Assembly (NCBI GenBank): GCA_051294905.1 | Contig: CM119372.1 | Location: 434,001 to 498,000 of the forward strand | DNA: 64,000 nucleotides | Reading direction: 5' to 3' | Source of the DNA: Botryllus schlosseri | Lineage: Eukaryota | Shown here: positions 34,214 through 47,662 of the stretch, one piece after another | Numbering within the stretch: the stretch's first letter is position 1 | Layout of the letters: the number at the start of each line of letters is the position of its first letter | Position numbers and translations under genes: made by a program | Notes under the pieces: model-generated | Databases searched by the model: none | What the model was told of the DNA's origin: nothing | What the model saw: only the letters and a program-made list of their open reading frames with translations

Positions 34214-36033
34214 TAGGGTTATGACTAAAAAAAAATATTTTTGCTTGTAGCAGGAATTGATGAACATTTTGGTATAAATTAATAAAATTATAATCGTTTT
34301 GTCAAATCGAAAAAAATGTCCCGCACAAACTAAGTTCAATTTTCGACACTGGTCCAAATTTAGAAAAATTTAAAAAATTCAAAGATTTCTTTGCTACAAA
34401 TTTAATCTTCAAATATATGTCCTATTGCACTTCTTGTAAAGTTCATCCATCAATTTGAATTCCCTTTCTGTTATTATGTTAGCGTCAGGGACATCTATGA
34501 CGGACATATCCGACTTCCAACGGGGTTTTGAGGCACTTTATCGCTGCAGGACATTCGACCGCAAAGATATCAGCAAATCATCTTTGGTATATTCTAGAGC
34601 CCGACCGATATTGGATTTTATGGTCGATACCGATAAAACCGATATCTCACACCTTGACCGATAACCCTAATACATTCAGCCGATATTCAAAAGAAGTTGG
34701 ATGTATACATAAGCACATTTTCAAAGCTTCAGAGGGCATTTATTTGAACATCTTTACAGCCATTGTTATGCTTGAACATGAAATATACTAGAAAGGCTCC
34801 ATCTGGACACCTGTAAAGTTTAAGCTTTATGAAATATATCAATATTCTCAGTCTAGCGGTCAAACATTACAGCTTTCTCGCTTCCCACCGCCATGTTATG
34901 ACGTCACACGTAAATTGCCGATAAATTTTCAGCTCCAATGGCCGATTCCGATAATTCTTTCAAAGTGTTATTATCGACGAACCGGTAATCGGTCGGGCTC
35001 TAGTATATTCCATCTTTGGACATCTGGTTAGAATACCAGTCTTTCTGACACGCATTTGCGATGACTAATGATATCTCCAGAGTTATTCTACATCTGGGGA
35101 TTTGGAAGTACGCAATCATGGCCCTTGAGCACCACCTCGCATTGCGTAGAGATGGAAGTTTATGCCATTTGATTAGTGGTAATCTATACTATTTTCTTTG
35201 AAAGAGCAGCATGCTCTGCACAGGTCATTGATAAACTTAAAATCATCACTTCATCCTCGGTTTTCTAATATTTTCATCTGAAATTCTTGCTTGGTGGATT
35301 GCACCAAGTTTTCGTAGTGTTTTACCACATCATCTCCAAATTTGTAGCTGAGAGTCGGATTTGTTGAAGACGTTAGATTGAAGAACTCTTATATATGCGT
35401 TAAGAATCGATAACATGATGTTGGCAAACAGTATATTGTGGTTTATGTAAACCCTTGCTCATCATTGCATTTTGCAGTTTAGAAACAACGCCATTCTGTC
35501 GTCCAGTATCAACAGATGCTACGGTGTCACATATGATATATGAGATTTTTAAATTTTCCTATGCATCATAATCTTCTAATCAGTTTTCTAGAAGGCTGAA
35601 AATATCTAGAGTTGCTCTACTTTTGCGTTTTCGAACACCCAGTTTGATTTGTGTCAGACAAATTGAAATTATACGATATATACAGTCCACATCTAAAATC
35701 GGAATTAATAATTATTTATAAATTATTCAATTTTGACTGTAAACAAGAACACGATAGGAATATTTCAATCTTGGCGATCAAAATTTACCAAAATACTATT
35801 TTAAATCTTTACAATTGCAATTGGGTCAGTTAAAATCAAATCAGTCTCTATAAATTATATCTACAAAAGAAAGCCTATCCTTCATACAGTGAAAACTGGA
35901 AAATTTTTGTGCGGAAGTTTTTTTGTTTGAACAGTCTTAACTTTGTGAATTTTGAAATCAGGACACAAAGGTTCATCGTTTGTGACTACAGGACAAACAA
36001 AATTTTGAAATATTTTTTCTAGTCATAACCCTA
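34214..36033 (-). mobile_element. Decayed hAT-superfamily transposon (TAGGG termini, hATm-like) with transposase pseudogene
   Basis: TIR tagggttatgacta...tagtcataacccta with exact 8-bp TSD gtgcacag. Minus-strand remnants, with stops and frameshifts: ICDTVASVDTGRQNGVV...PQYTVCQHH, DDFKF, IKWHKLPSLRNARWCSRA, SVIDVP..NIITER..KLM. Confidence 0.8.
34595..35002. mobile_element. hAT-type MITE inserted in the decayed transposase
   Basis: TIR tagagcccgaccgat...atcggtcgggctcta with exact 8-bp TSD gtatattc. Confidence 0.85.
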
Positions 36034-36367
36034 GTGCACAGCCTCATACAACCGCAGTGCACAAGTACTACACACGCGCCTCCACGTCGTCCAAATATCA
36101 CATGATCGACCTAAAGCAACATATATTGCGTTGGAACCACTTGAAGTAGGCTACTATTTGTCTACTCTAAACAAATTATTCCAAACCAGAAAATATTTAC
36201 TCAAGGGTCCAACATTTCGTTTTATTATTCCGAGGCTTCGCGTCGTAGCTCAACGTAACTTCAGGTATAATAGGAGAAAACTACTAAAATATCAAGGCGA
36301 TTCTCCACTCTACTAGCGGTGAGGTCGATTGTTACATTTGCCCCAAGGGCCCTAGTTACATTTGTCC

Positions 36368-36702
36368 GGTGTCCGGTCAATACCGAGAATGCTATTACCG
36401 AGAATGCTATAACCGAAAAGGACAAGACCGAGAATGGACATTACCGAGAATGGACACCTCCGAGAATGGACATTACCGATAATGCAATATATGCAATGCA
36501 GGCATGTTATGCATATGAACAGGTCGTGTGTGTGCAACTGTGCATCACGGCGTTGCCACATTCGTTATCGATTCTCAGGTATAAATTTCTCGACAACGTA
36601 CGTTACATTAAGTTAGATTCTTGGCATTGGCCATTCTCGGTAATGTCCGTCCTCGGTTATGTCCATTCTCGGTAATAGCATTCTCGGTAATAGTATGGAA
36701 CC
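36368..36702. mobile_element. Mutator-like MITE with (t)accgagaatg subterminal repeats
   Basis: GG...CC termini, inverted arrays of accgagaatg, and a 9-bp TSD catttgtcc (36359-36367, 36703-36711). Confidence 0.75.
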
Positions 36703-36832
36703 CATTTGTCCCAGGTCTCTCCCTACCGGTGGTGGACTATCAGCATCAGCATGTCTATCTATATCTAACTGCATTGCATTGTGAGGAGATCGACGCCTCG
36801 TCAATCATCTCATTGTTGAACTGGTTCTAAAC

Positions 36833-37302
36833 CAGTGGTTCTCAAACGTTTTGTCTTTGCGGACCCCATTTGGACCGCCACGGACCCCCGCGGACCCCCA
36901 CGAAATTTTTGATCAAATTTAGCTCAATTATCTAGCAATCGTCATCTGTTTTGTGCGAGTGATAACTGTAGGCTTAGTGATAAAGAGCAACGAAATGTAT
37001 TTTCTTGAAAATAATATCATACCATTCATGTGGAAATTGGGTTGACTTCCATTATTTCAAAGTGAATTCTGCAACTGCATTTCTTGAAATAAGTGGTCGT
37101 GTCTTCAAAATCATCGCCTCAATTAAAATGAGTCCTCACAGCAGTAGGAAATTTCCTTATTGACGGCCATTCTGTTGATGTGAGCTCTGGAGTTTTAGTA
37201 GTAATGAAGCGAAAATGCCTCGTGATTTCCAAATTAAAAAAACAAACAAATTAGGTTATCAACTATTTTGAGGCTTCGCGGACCCCCGGTTGAGAACCAC
37301 TG
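36833..37302. mobile_element. hAT-type MITE inserted into the left end of a same-family element
   Basis: TIR cagtggttctcaa...ttgagaaccactg with 8-bp TSD ttctaaac; the sequence after 37310 repeats the element's own left end. Confidence 0.75.
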
Positions 37303-38701
37303 TTCTAAACCTTTTTGTCTTCGCGGACCCCCCGGGACCGTCACGGATCCCCGCAGAACCCCGAAGTTTTAGCTGAAATTTAGCTGTATTGTCGTGCAAC
37401 CTTCATCTGTCTTGGTAAATATTAACAGTAGGCTATTAAATCAGTCAATCAGTTTTATTAATATTTTCATCATTTCAAAACATCACAAGACTGCGATACA
37501 ATGAAAAGGCAGGAAGGTGTCGAAACAACTTGGAGTAGCCTTCAAGATCAGACACCCACCTTATCCTAGGAGAAGTTAAGAAGAGGCATGTACACTGAAT
37601 GAAAAGTATGCAAAGAATATAAGACGCAAGCGACAAAATGAGGCGGCATGTGGCAGAGGGCGAGGTCGATGTTAGGTCGAGGTCCGGTAATCCTGAAGGC
37701 TGGCTAGTATTCATTTAGATAAGTGATAAACAGCAACAAAATGACCATTCTTGAAATCAACATCATACTATTTATGTAGGAATTTGGAAGACGTTTATTA
37801 TTTCAAAACGAATTCGGTGGCTGCATTACTTGAAATACATTGTTGTGTTTCAAAAATCCGCGCCGTCGCTGTGACATGAACGAGTGCCGAAAATACATTA
37901 ATATGGAGTGGCGAATGTAATAATAACGCGTAACACTTCCAACAACACATTTGGGTCTGATGGCAACATACATCAATCAATCAATATCAGCATCATCATT
38001 TTAATAATACAACGTCCAACCTGGTCATTTCTATGTAGCAGCTCATCTTGAAGTTATATTCTGGAATAGCGGTTATGTATATCACAGGGAATATGGATTT
38101 TTTCGCAAGCGAATTTATTCCGTAACCCCAACAAAACATCTCTAAAACAGCAATATGTCTCTATCAGTAGGCACATCATTGGCGATTTGGCAATTAAAAT
38201 GAGTTTGCACAGTTGAATATTTCATCTCAAGCGGAAATTCTGTTTACGTGAGTCTTTAAGTTTTAGCAGTCAGCGGAACTGCTTCTTGATTTCTCTGCTT
38301 GGAAAAAAATAGAAATTAGGTTATCATTATCACCCATTTTGTAAATCTGGAGGTTTCGTGGGCTCTTTGGACCCCTGGTTGAGAACCAAAGGCCTGAAGA
38401 ATACAGCAGCGGCCTTTTCAAAACCATGCAATGCTGCTTTTTTGGTGAAGAGTAAATACTCTCTCTAATAAAGGGGTTTCTCACTCATTGCAGCTTGCTC
38501 CTTCCAGGGCCGACAATTGCGGTTCCTGACTACTACTCTACTTGTTAGCAGTGATGACTCTGAGCTAACAATGGATGTATGAATATCACACAACAGAACA
38601 CCGGTATCATGCTTCACGACAGCACAAAATATTTCATAGTAGGCTTTATATTAGCACCAGAATTTATCATTCATTCGCAAACCATCCGACAAGAATTTCG
38701 A

Positions 38702-41700
38702 TCAACAAAGAGGAATCGTATATCTCGTCAGTTCCTTCATCTGGATCGAAGTGTCTCCGCAAAATGTCAGCCTGAAAACGAAAAGTCATTTACTAACTGT
38801 CAGAATGGGTAGTCTACCTTTCCTTCTTACAACGAAACTAATGAAACTAATCAAACTAATGATCATAGGAATCATTATGAAACATAAATACACTTGAGGA
38901 TTCTCCGACAAAACTGGCCAGGCCCGGCCTGATTCTGGATTAGATAAGTCTACATTAAAAATCGGGTCAAACTAGTCACCGTCGGTACTCAATTAGGCCT
39001 ACATATAAAAGTAACACCGTCTAGATCTACTCAAGTGGAACTAGAAGTAGAGATTTACAAGTGTGTAAAAAAGTAAATAGTTCAGTTTCGCCTAAAAGAT
39101 TGAAAACTCTCTCGTAGAAGTAGTCTAAAGTCATAACAACTTGATGGAGTATAGTGTGAGCAGGCAAATCTACTTTAGGACCTAGGAAAGGTAAAAAGTA
39201 CTTCGTGGATTTTCAAAAGATATGACATCTAGTCTTAAGGCGCATTACCAAAACGTCAGAAAATATATTTGTACATTCGTTTCGACACCTTCCTATCTTT
39301 CATTGTATCGCAATCTTGCGGTGTATTGAAATGATGAAAAAAAATTAAGCAATAAATTGAATTAAATTTTTGAACTGGCTGCATCTGGAAGATTGCAATC
39401 TATGAGAAATTGATCAATATTTCCAGTTTGGCGATCGCTGATTATATTTATATGACTCTGGTGCAGAGGTCTCAAACTCAAATGTGCTTGCGAGCCAATT
39501 TCCCACTTTTTGACGGCGCCGTGGGCCGCAGCACCAATAATAGGGGAATTCAATGTATTTCCTAGTAGGCCTTATTTGACGGGATCTTGCAAACTGATAT
39601 TCCACACGCATATTGAAAATGTCATGAATTCACGCCTGTCTCGAAAAAAATTACAGTTTAAAATATCTGAATAAAATTGTTGCTGTAGTTAGCTTAGTTG
39701 CTGTATATTTAGTTTTGGGCACCATCCGAGAGTACAAATGCATCAGGTCGACATTGTAAAAGCTGTCGCGTTATGATTTTGCAGCTAGCGGACATTTGAC
39801 GTGACAAAATTAGAGGTGGAATATTTCAGAATTTTGCAAAAATTGACCTGATATCTGAGCATTGAAGCAGTAGGCCTACCACCTAATCCGGTTTTCGGGC
39901 ATACTACTAATAGCAAGTCTATTGATCATGTCCATTATCTAAGTCAAATTAAATCATTTACCTTAGAATATTGGAACAGGTCAAAAACAACTTCAATATA
40001 ATGGTTACTGTGCCATAGCAATAGAAATGTACAATCGCCGAAGTATTCATTGATCTTCCACTGCGTGGTAACTTTTGAAAGTGATGTAATAGTGAAGATT
40101 GATGAGTAGTTTCAGGCTTCTGGAGTAGTTTTGGGGCGAATTCCCAGTTTTCAAATTCAAAAAAGGATTGTCGAATACCACGAAATCCAAAATACCGTCG
40201 CGGGCCGCACAAAATGGACTCGCGGGGCGCGTGTTTGAGACCTCTGCAGTGAGTCATTAACACCATATTGTGACGTCACTAAAATTACCTCCAACGGTCT
40301 ATACCGATTTTTTCAGGGTGCAATATCGACTTCACATTGTCGGCGAGCCGATAATCGGTCGGCATATAGTATTAATGTTTCCTAATGATTCATATGTTCA
40401 TTAACTTCACATGTTTCATTAGTTTGATTAATATTTATTGTACAAAATATGCCATCTGGATCGCAGTCATGTACTCACGTCTTCTGTTCGGCTCCAACAA
40501 ACAGCGAGACGTAATCCACAGTGATGTAATCCTTGCCGACGTTAAGTTCTTGTTTGTCCCACAGAACCTTCACGTAGTTGATCGGACCCGGGTTGTAGTC
40601 GTAGTAAACCAAGTCGCTGTAGTAACCGCCTGGCTGCAGTTTGAATTCAGTCCTGGACAATATATTCGGGTTTTCGATACAATTATATCTACTTTTCGGA
40701 TTTGTTTATCCAATTTCAAACGAAATTTTTTAATTAGATTTCCGAGTCAAGTAAATGCAGGTGTGGTCAAAGTCTCTCTCTTTCTCGTGATAGACGGTTG
40801 GTAGTGCAGTAAGTAGTAGATAACTACTTGGATACATTGAAAAAGTACTTCTGCCTAGTTGCACTATTTCCGGAAACAGTTGCTCCCTACTTCTACTTGA
40901 CAATTTTCAGTTTTGTAAGTCAAATTAGGCCAGGAATATTTATTTTTTACTTATTCGGAAATCGCTACTTCTGCTTGTTCATGTTGCATTTTTTTCCCAA
41001 ATCTACTTGTTGAAACTGTTTGCGTACTTGTCATACTTTCATTTTCTACTTCAACTAAAAGTAGTTCTGATGCCTTATTGGCAATCGCTACTTTTACCTG
41101 TACTTGAGTAGAAAATGTAGGCCTATAATAATTACCTTACCAAATCTACTTTTCGAAAATATTCGAGTATTTTTCCGACCTTTCATTTTCTACTTCCGCT
41201 TTGAGTAGTTACATTGTCTTGTAATCGCTACTTTTACTTGCACCTGACTAGAAATTCTACTTCTTCCTACGGTGACTACTTGACCACCTCTGGTCATTGA
41301 AGACGGAGGCAGCGGCCCTTAACCCCAGTCGTGATATTATATATATTTTAGTATAATATTAAATATTTGACCAATAGAAATTTCGAATTAATAGACTAAC
41401 CCGCTCCCTCCAATTTGCTCCTGCTCTGTGACGGCATCATCGCCGTACACTGTAACATATAATGAGCCATCGATAGACTTGCTGTTTGTTCCCAATCTGA
41501 TTCCGATGTAGGACATGTATTCTGGAGATGTGAAAATAGCATATTGCCAAAAGGTCACGGGTAAGCTCTGCAATTAGTAGTGGTTACCTGCTAACTCAAA
41601 TAGCAGCTACTAGAAAAGCACTTAAGTACAAACCTTATCATTCAATACATTCATCACCGTAGTTCACTCTGCTACATGAATGGAGTTTTTCTGAGATTAT

Positions 41701-44700
41701 AGTTATAATTAGGACCATGATTGATTGTTAGTTTAAAGACGCGGTGATAATTTAGCGAGTTATCAAGTATTCATTATTAAACGATTACATTTGTAGTTAC
41801 CACTAAATTAGCGTCAAATCGTCGCAGGCTTTGCTTCCAATAGCAGCAGTTATAAATCACAGTAAAAATTTCAAAAGCAACTGCTCACACGACACTTGAC
41901 TACTACTGCAAAATAAGCCAGGGTTTCTTAACCAGGGGTACATGGACCCCGTGGGGGTCTGTGGACTAGATTTATGGGGTCCATGAAAGGCTAACGTTGA
42001 AAATACAAGTATAAAACTATATTGACCAGCGCAACTTATTTTTTCATTTCCAGCGCACAAAGACAATTCGTCTCGCAGACATATTTGACGACGTAAATTT
42101 CTACTCAAGTAAACTTAGAAGCAGCGATTTCGAAGTAAGTGAAAAGGTAAGTCTTCTGGGCCTAAAAAGTGAAAACTATGAAGGAGAAATAGAAGTAATC
42201 TGTAATCAAGATCAATTGAGGCAGGCAGGCAATGTACCGCAAAATGGCGACGCTGCTTTGGTTGAAAGGTAAGTATGAACTCGGTCGTTGTTGATTTGGC
42301 TTTCAGAGTCGATGGCGTTGAAGCCCATTCGCGGACAACCCTGGAATATAATCAGTTAGATAGACAGTGAAACTTGCGAAGTTCCAAACTTACAGTTCCA
42401 TCGCATTCCAGACACCTTCCATCTTCAAACTGCGAATAACTTAAACAAGGATAGGACTCGAAAAAGCACGGGCTGTTGATCGACTCAGTGAAAAACGAAA
42501 CCGCTCTTTGATGATTGCAAGCCACAAAGTCCCGGGCACCGCTTGCGACTCCATCTAAGCCAATTACAGTCGAGAGTGCGTTCTGGAATATACGTGATAA
42601 ATAAGAACAAGATACTATATTATACTGCATGGGGTTACCATATACGTCCTCCGTTAGGAGGATTTGTCCTCATTTTTTAAGAAATCGAAAACGTCCTCCG
42701 AGTACGTCCAAATGGCTTCTTTCTTAAAAATTCGCCCTACCTTATAGCTCTGACATCCATGCCTGTATGGGCAAAACTGAAAAAGCCCATAAATGACGCG
42801 AAATCTGGATTTCGATGTCAGTGACTGCAACGATTACTAAAAAAAACCTTGGAGCGGGTCTTCCGGGAATCGATTTGGAAAAATGACCTTCTTTAGTCAA
42901 TAAAACAATATTTCTAGTCCAAATTTTCAAATTACCCGTAATCTCGTCCGATTTTTATAAATTTTGCAATTTGTATGAAGTATCCTCTTTTCCAGATCTC
43001 AAAATATGGCCGTAGTGATTTTCTGTTTGTTTATTTCAATGTTTCGGATGAGCTTGGACTCGGCTGGCTTTTGGATTGCACTACTATTTCGATAATTCCT
43101 TAATATCAAACTTCAATGCATTGCTATATACTGCAAATCACTGTTATCACTGTTATCTATGCTCAGTTGTCTATGCTCAGTGACCTGATCGCATCCCGGC
43201 TGCTGTCTTCCGTCATTTGGCCAAAAGTCGACATTTCCAGATTGTTCCGCGATTCCGAGTCCCACAAATCCGTTCGAGAGCAGAGTCTCTGCGTCGCTGT
43301 GAATCACGTCCACGAACGAAGCGTCGCCGGAGTCCAGCTGGACATCGCTGCCGGTTCCGGTGAAGTACGGGCCTGCCGGGTCCAGACCTGCCGGAGATGG
43401 AAAGGAAGGGTACGGTTGAGGATGAGGTCATATCTGAGAGAGATGAGGGTGGGATATGGACTTGTAAAAATTTCGGATTTAGACATTATCTCGATTTACG
43501 GTCATTTTTAAGCTATATGTCTCAATTGTAATAAGATGTATGAAAATGGACTTATTATCGAATTTTGACTTGGATTTCGACACGATACAAAATTGGATTA
43601 GATTTGGGTTTGAAAATTCAGGATTTTTTTCCGACGTGGATTTATGATCATTTTGAAGGTGGATTTAGATATGAAAATTCTGATACCGATTTGGAATTAG
43701 ATTTAAAACTCTGCTTGGGTGATATCGAATGCGCCGCATAATACCAATTTCCTTACCAGAAACAGTTTCTGGCCTTATTTTTCAAGTACCAGAAACCTTG
43801 CTATTCTTTAAGTTACCATGAAATGACTGTCTTGGCCGCGCGAGTCTCAAGTCATATGACTTGGCCGAGTCATGCGGTATGAGTCGAGTACAAGTCGAGA
43901 CAATACAAAAATTGACTAGAGTCAAGTCGAGTCATGTTCCTTATTCAAGAAAATGACTCGAGTCAAGTCGAGTCAATAAAAATCTCCACTCGACTCATTA
44001 CAGCCCTGTCCGGATTTGGATTTTTATATAGCAAATAATTTCATCTCTAACCTGTGATGCGTCCTATGGGCGCAGTATTCCCCACGTACCCGCAAGTGTG
44101 CGCCCCCAAACTGTGCCCGATGCAGTGAAACTTGTCTGGCGACATCCCGTACTTGCTCTGTTTAACGGATAATAATCTGAATCGTTACTCGCTTTTTAGG
44201 TTTAGTTTTAACGCTTCTTACCATCAAGTTTTGAATGAAGATCCCGGCTGTTGTTCCGACGATCTGTGTGTCCACTGCGGCGCTCATGTAGTTAACTTGG
44301 CCTGAGCCTCCGAACCAACCGACTCGTATCACGTTAGCGTTCTCTTTCTACGAAAACGCGGTGATTTGAGTTGGGTTATTATTATAATATATATATTATA
44401 TCTTCTAAAACACCACAAAACTGCGATACAATGAAAGATAGGAAGCCGTCGAAACGACTTGGAGTATTTCTGCGAAATCAGAAACACATACCGGCGTCTT
44501 GATTCTAGACCAGGGGTCCCCTCCTAGGCGACCACGAGCCCTTTTCAGGGGTGGCGTGAAAACTTATAAAATATTTGTGATCCATAAAAGTCTAATCGAC
44601 GATAATAAAAGTAGAGTAGAAGTAGAAGTAGAATTAGCGAATCCTAAGTAAGTTAAAAATTGAGTGTTCGAGTCTTAGTTTTGCCTAAAAATTGAAACTG

Positions 44701-46424
44701 TCAAGTAGTAGTAACCTAAAGTAATAACTACTTGAGAAAGTTTTGCGAGTAGGCAAAGTCTACTAGAAGTACTTCTAAAAGCAGAAGTACTTCGTTACCG
44801 ACCACCTCTGTACTCAAGTAGTTTCCCTCTACTTGCAGTACTTTCTCAAGTAAATCTAAATTTCCGCTACTTCTACTCAATAGTTGTAGTTACTATATAG
44901 CCAAAGTATCATTTGCGTCGCAAGATGGGGTCGAATGCTTCTGCCGTGGAAAATTGATACCTGGGATGTTGTGGCACAAACACAATTCTCTGCAACGTTT
45001 AGTTTCCAGCATTTGACAGGGTTTATAAAGGACCACTTTTAATCGTACTTGAGTATTGTTTATCGTACTTCCACGTCTACTTGAGTAGTATTTGACCACC
45101 TCTGTTTGAGAGAGATCAAAGGGAATTTGGGCTTGGAAAGACGGATTTGAGACCGGATATGAATTAACGAATTTTTTAAGTGGTAGGCCTACTTAGATTA
45201 GCACACGCATTTTTTTTCATTTTCGTTGGACTTTTGAGCTGATTTCAGGATTTACTGGATTTCGGTATACATTTTCTGATACTTTTTTAAATTTTAATTG
45301 ATTTTAAGTGAATTTGATCATTACAGGATTTGAATTTGGATACGAAGTTTCTCATAAGTGGACATGCTCAACGGCTAAAGGATAGTCGCCGAAATACTGT
45401 ACCACTACTGTGGTCCGGCGTAGTTGATGCTTGTTTGCGGTATTCACGACTTGGCACTCACCGCCAGCAGAGCGTCTGACATGTCAACCATCCAAGCCAC
45501 ATTGGCACGATCTGTGTAGCCGTGAACGATGAAGCGAGTCATCGAGTTTGGGTTGAAAGATCTTAAAATGAAGACTGCTCCAACAACCAAATTTGAATGA
45601 TAGTTGTCTAGTTGTCTAATTAGACTAATTGCAGCGAAATTCGAATCTGTACTATGCTCTAATGTTAATTCTAGTCCAACTTCTGGTTTTCCCGAACATG
45701 CTTATACATTAGAACTGTGCAGTAATTCTATGATACGAACCGAACTTGATTTCTGTAGCATTTCTGTTTGATTTTGAATTCAATTCAATTACCAAGTGTT
45801 TGCGTGTCAGTCATTCTAATTCTAATCTAATCTGGAAAGCTGGAAACTTTCAATTAGTTGTCCAACTCTTCTCTCACCCCAACGAGTTCATGTCGTCAAA
45901 ATAGACTTCCAGGCCTTTTTGGGATCTGGTATCGAGATAGAAGTTTGTGTTAACATTTTCCGGCGTGTCTGGCAATATCGAGAACGGCCTCTGCTCTGTG
46001 TTACCCCAGGGTGGCTGGTTTGTGTAGCAGGCGTCGTTCAACTCTTGGTAACATACGGTGTCACCTGTGAAACATCAATAAAGGGGGCTCTTTAGATATA
46101 GTTCAATAGTCTGCGTTCATTAAGTCATTCATTGATATTTTGATCATTTCAATACACCACAAGACTGCGATACAAGGAAAATATAGGAAGGTGTCGAAAC
46201 GACCTGGAATTGTCTGTGAAATCGGACACCCACCTGGGCCTAGGCGATGTAAATGAGAGAAATACGTACTGGGTAAAAAGAAATACACTCCAATCAGAAC
46301 GAATAGGCTACTATTATCATTGTACCAAGCTCTATACTTCGGTAGATGTATTGCATGTATACTTTTTACAGAACATACCTTGGACTGCCACTGTGACAGC
46401 GGAAAGCAAAAGTATTTGGAACAT
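38702..46424 (-). CDS. Pancreatic lipase-family protein B (secreted; hydrolase + PLAT). 11 exons: 46424-46379, 46064-45878, 45561-45462, 44347-44222, 44157-44052, 43387-43185, 42582-42394, 42340-42238, 41521-41401, 40652-40479, 38771-38702; 474 aa
   Basis: Signal peptide [16 protein letters not shown]. Motifs [34 protein letters not shown]...DFVACNH. Intron positions and phases match paralog A. Confidence 0.9.
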
Positions 46425-47662
46425 CGTGACGAAAATAAGGTGGTTAGTAATAATTCTCCCTCAAGCAATCTCAACGTCCGCCTGGGTTTCTGCACTAGTT
46501 TTGCACGGACTGAAAACCGTCAACGTCTGAAGGCCGCTTTTTACGCGCTTGACACATCGGGCAACAGAGAAAATGTTGTATCACCTTTATTAGGTTGTTT
46601 GTCGACGCGTTACGCGAATTTTTGTGACGCGAAATACTAAAATAGTTCCCATGACAGGTGTGCGTTCCCATAGACAACAGCGTGCGATGCTTTCATCGTT
46701 TGCCTCTGAGAACGCGACAGTGAACTGTGATCAGACCAGATGACCCTTACTCAGGGTAAAATCGACTCCGTCCGGACTTGTATACAAACTAGCAATCTAT
46801 AGTTGTCGGCCAACTATAGCTACTGTTTTTTTAGTAATTGTAGTTGCTGATATTGAATTGTGAGTAGTTCTAGTTCTACTCAAAGTAATATTGACCACAC
46901 CTTATGCAACCTATACCAATCTGGTTATATAGTTATCGGTCAACTATAGCTACTTGTTAGGGATGGTGTGGACGTAAGGTTCACGTTCGCGTTCTTGGTA
47001 GGTTTTGCACTGTGAACTTTTTTTCATATATTACAATATCCACTTCATTGTAACATATTTGGTTGAAATTTATTGCATTTCAACTGCGGGCCACTCTATA
47101 CATGGCGCTGGCAGCATAAAAAGCAACACTAAACGAGCATGCTCCCATTTTACCTGCTCGAAATATCCATCTTTTCGTTTGTGGATATTTAGTGCCTCTC
47201 TGCTGTGAACTTGACCCGCAATCACACAACGTCAAGAGCGAAATACACTACATGTGGTTGATCGCTTCAGCAAATGATGCTTATTCAACCAATCAATGAA
47301 ATTGATATCATTGTCTGATGTAAAAATTTAGCAGGCGTACGGGTTCAATCTTGATTTCAAATGTTTATTGTGTCATAAAAACCAAATTCTTGCGATTGGG
47401 GTGTTGGCTACTGCTGCATAGCTTGTTAATGTGGTAATATCTGTAGCAAGTATAGAAACCCGTTTTACACTCTGCTCAATATCCACGTATTGCAATAAGC
47501 AATATGACGTCACGGGGTTCACGTTCGCGCTCACACAGTACCTTTCAAAAAGGATCGCGTTCACACGAATCTGAACCTTTCAGAGGTTCACACCATCCCT
47601 ATAGCAGCCTACTTGTCATTTCAACGGTTCTGCGCATTTTGAAAATCGAGTATAGTTTTAGG

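Noticed and set aside
36319..36675. ORF with ITENA repeats
   Set aside because: Translation of the 15-bp subterminal repeats of a Mutator-like MITE.
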